Under the pieces are notes generated by a model. The model saw only the letters and a program-made list of their open reading frames with translations, searched no databases and was not told the DNA's origin. A program made the position numbers and the translations under genes. A DNA stretch of 37,883 nucleotides, the filler included, from Myxococcota bacterium (GTDB lineage Bacteria; Myxococcota; Myxococcia; Myxococcales; Myxococcaceae): the NCBI GenBank assembly GCA_049322255.1. It is 7 parts of 7 records of this genome, joined end to end, with 100 filler letters (N's around TTAATTAATTAA, not from the genome) between each part and the next. Parts side by side here need not be neighbours in the genome. Positions count along the whole stretch, not along the records: positions 33,231 to 37,883 come from JBMORE010000196.1; 6 more parts are not named here. One strand, 5' to 3'. Positions 36,963-37,883 of this stretch are shown one piece after another. Each line of letters begins with the position of its first letter. The first letter of the stretch is position 1.

Positions 36963-37883
36963 ATGATCCGAGCCTTTGGAATTTTGTTGGCCACCGTCGT
37001 CTGGCGGGGCGACTTCGAGACCGGCGACCTCTCTCAGTGGTCGAAGGCGCAGCAGGTGAGCCCCGACCGCCTCCAGGTCGTCACCTCCCCGGTGCGCGAG
37101 GGCGCCTACGCGCTCAAAGCCACGGTGCGTCAAGGCGACGACCCCATCGGGGCCAGCGGCAACCGAAACGAGCTGGTGTACTTCGGCAACGAGGCCGCGG
37201 GCTCGGAGTACTTCTACAAATGGAGCACGATGTTCGCCTCCGACTACCCGAGCGCGAGCACCTGGCAGCTGTTCGCGCAGTGGCACCACTTCGGCTGCTG
37301 CGGCTCTCCGCCGGTGCAGCTCATCGTCAACGGCGAGCGCCTCATTCTCGCCGGGGTGGGGCAAGAGGTGTGGAGCGCGCCCTTGCAGCGCGGCAAGTGG
37401 TACGACTTCGTCTTCCACGTCAAATGGTCGGCCGACCCCCGCGTAGGCTTCATGGAGCTGTGGGTCGACGGCGAGCTGGCGCTGCCCAAGACGAGCGTCG
37501 CCACGATGTTTGCCGGGGACAGCAACTACCTCAAGCTGGGGTTGTACCGGAACGACACCATCGCCCCGGTGGGCGTGGTCTTCCACGACGGCTTTTTGCA
37601 GGCGTCCACCCTGGAGGACGTCATCCCCCCCAAACCTCCGCCACCGCCACCCGCGCCACCGCCCCCGGTGAATGAACCTCTCCCCGCTGCGCCGCCCGAA
37701 CCCACGCCTGTGCCCGCAAACGAGGAGGCCGTCTCCCCCTTCGAGCTCGAATCGTCTCCCGACGAAAAGCCCCTGCCTGCCGACTCCGGCGGGGGCTGCG
37801 CGGCAGGACGAGCCGGCGTCACCGGGCTGCTTGCGCTGCTGGGGGTGCTTCGCCGCCGTCGACGTACTCCCTCCCCCATTGGG
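36963..37883 (+). CDS. Polysaccharide lyase-like (Polysacc_lyase / heparin lyase I-type) protein with Pro-rich linker and MYXO-CTERM-like tail; runs off the window
   Basis: Manual translation (absent from the track, no stop): VVWRGDFETGDLSQW...GNRNEL...FAQWH...RGKWYDFVFHVKWS..GFMELWVDG...YLKLGLYR...GGGCAAGRAGVTGLLALLGVLRRRRR; alternative ATG at 36903. Confidence 0.8.
   Translation, partial: MIRAFGILLATVVWRGDFETGDLSQWSKAQQVSPDRLQVVTSPVREGAYALKATVRQGDDPIGASGNRNELVYFGNEAAGSEYFYKWSTMFASDYPSASTWQLFAQWHHFGCCGSPPVQLIVNGERLILAGVGQEVWSAPLQRGKWYDFVFHVKWSADPRVGFMELWVDGELALPKTSVATMFAGDSNYLKLGLYRNDTIAPVGVVFHDGFLQASTLEDVIPPKPPPPPPAPPPPVNEPLPAAPPEPTPVPANEEAVSPFELESSPDEKPLPADSGGGCAAGRAGVTGLLALLGVLRRRRRTPSPIG
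37869..37883 (+). repeat. Probable left arm of a third palindromic element, cut by the window end
   Basis: CCCTCCCCC-ATT-GGG resembles the start of copy A (CCCTCTCCC-TTT-GGG). Confidence 0.4.

Noticed and set aside
36843..37586. N-terminal 248 aa of the 675-aa EAL ORF
   Set aside because: Antisense to the polysaccharide lyase gene; the real start is probably GTG 36842, behind an extended -10 box.

Overview
This window is not one locus. It is seven GC-rich contig pieces (1-5844, 5945-11762, 11863-17440, 17541-23040, 23141-28109, 28210-33130, 33231-37883) joined by artificial N44-TTAATTAATTAA-N44 spacers and apparently sorted by decreasing length, so synteny only holds within a piece. MYXO-CTERM-like tails, Cys-rich lipoproteins and an FHA-GGDEF protein point to a Myxococcota draft genome or MAG. 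Housekeeping and signalling genes: Glu/Leu/Phe/Val dehydrogenase, dihydropyrimidine dehydrogenase, rsmE, pgi, FHA-GGDEF cyclase, EAL protein, PAS hybrid kinase, VOC and ankyrin proteins, and a PD-(D/E)XK nuclease. Most notable: (1) a DUF692/MNIO-DUF2063-BufA2-like bufferin-type RiPP cluster whose precursor has a lipobox, with two matching TGTAACC-N16-CGTA ECF promoters; (2) a plant PYD1-like, Fe-S-less dihydropyrimidine dehydrogenase with no adjacent preT; (3) a MYXO-CTERM / Ig-like / giant beta-barrel surface locus; (4) a sigma54 lipoprotein plus Zn-phospholipase-C-like operon; (5) an unrecognised triple-repeat helical protein facing a probably inactive amidase; (6) an Rhs remnant cut by an ISAzo13-type IS; (7) a short palindromic element that appears inside coding sequence. 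All family calls are from motif recognition by eye; no searches were run.
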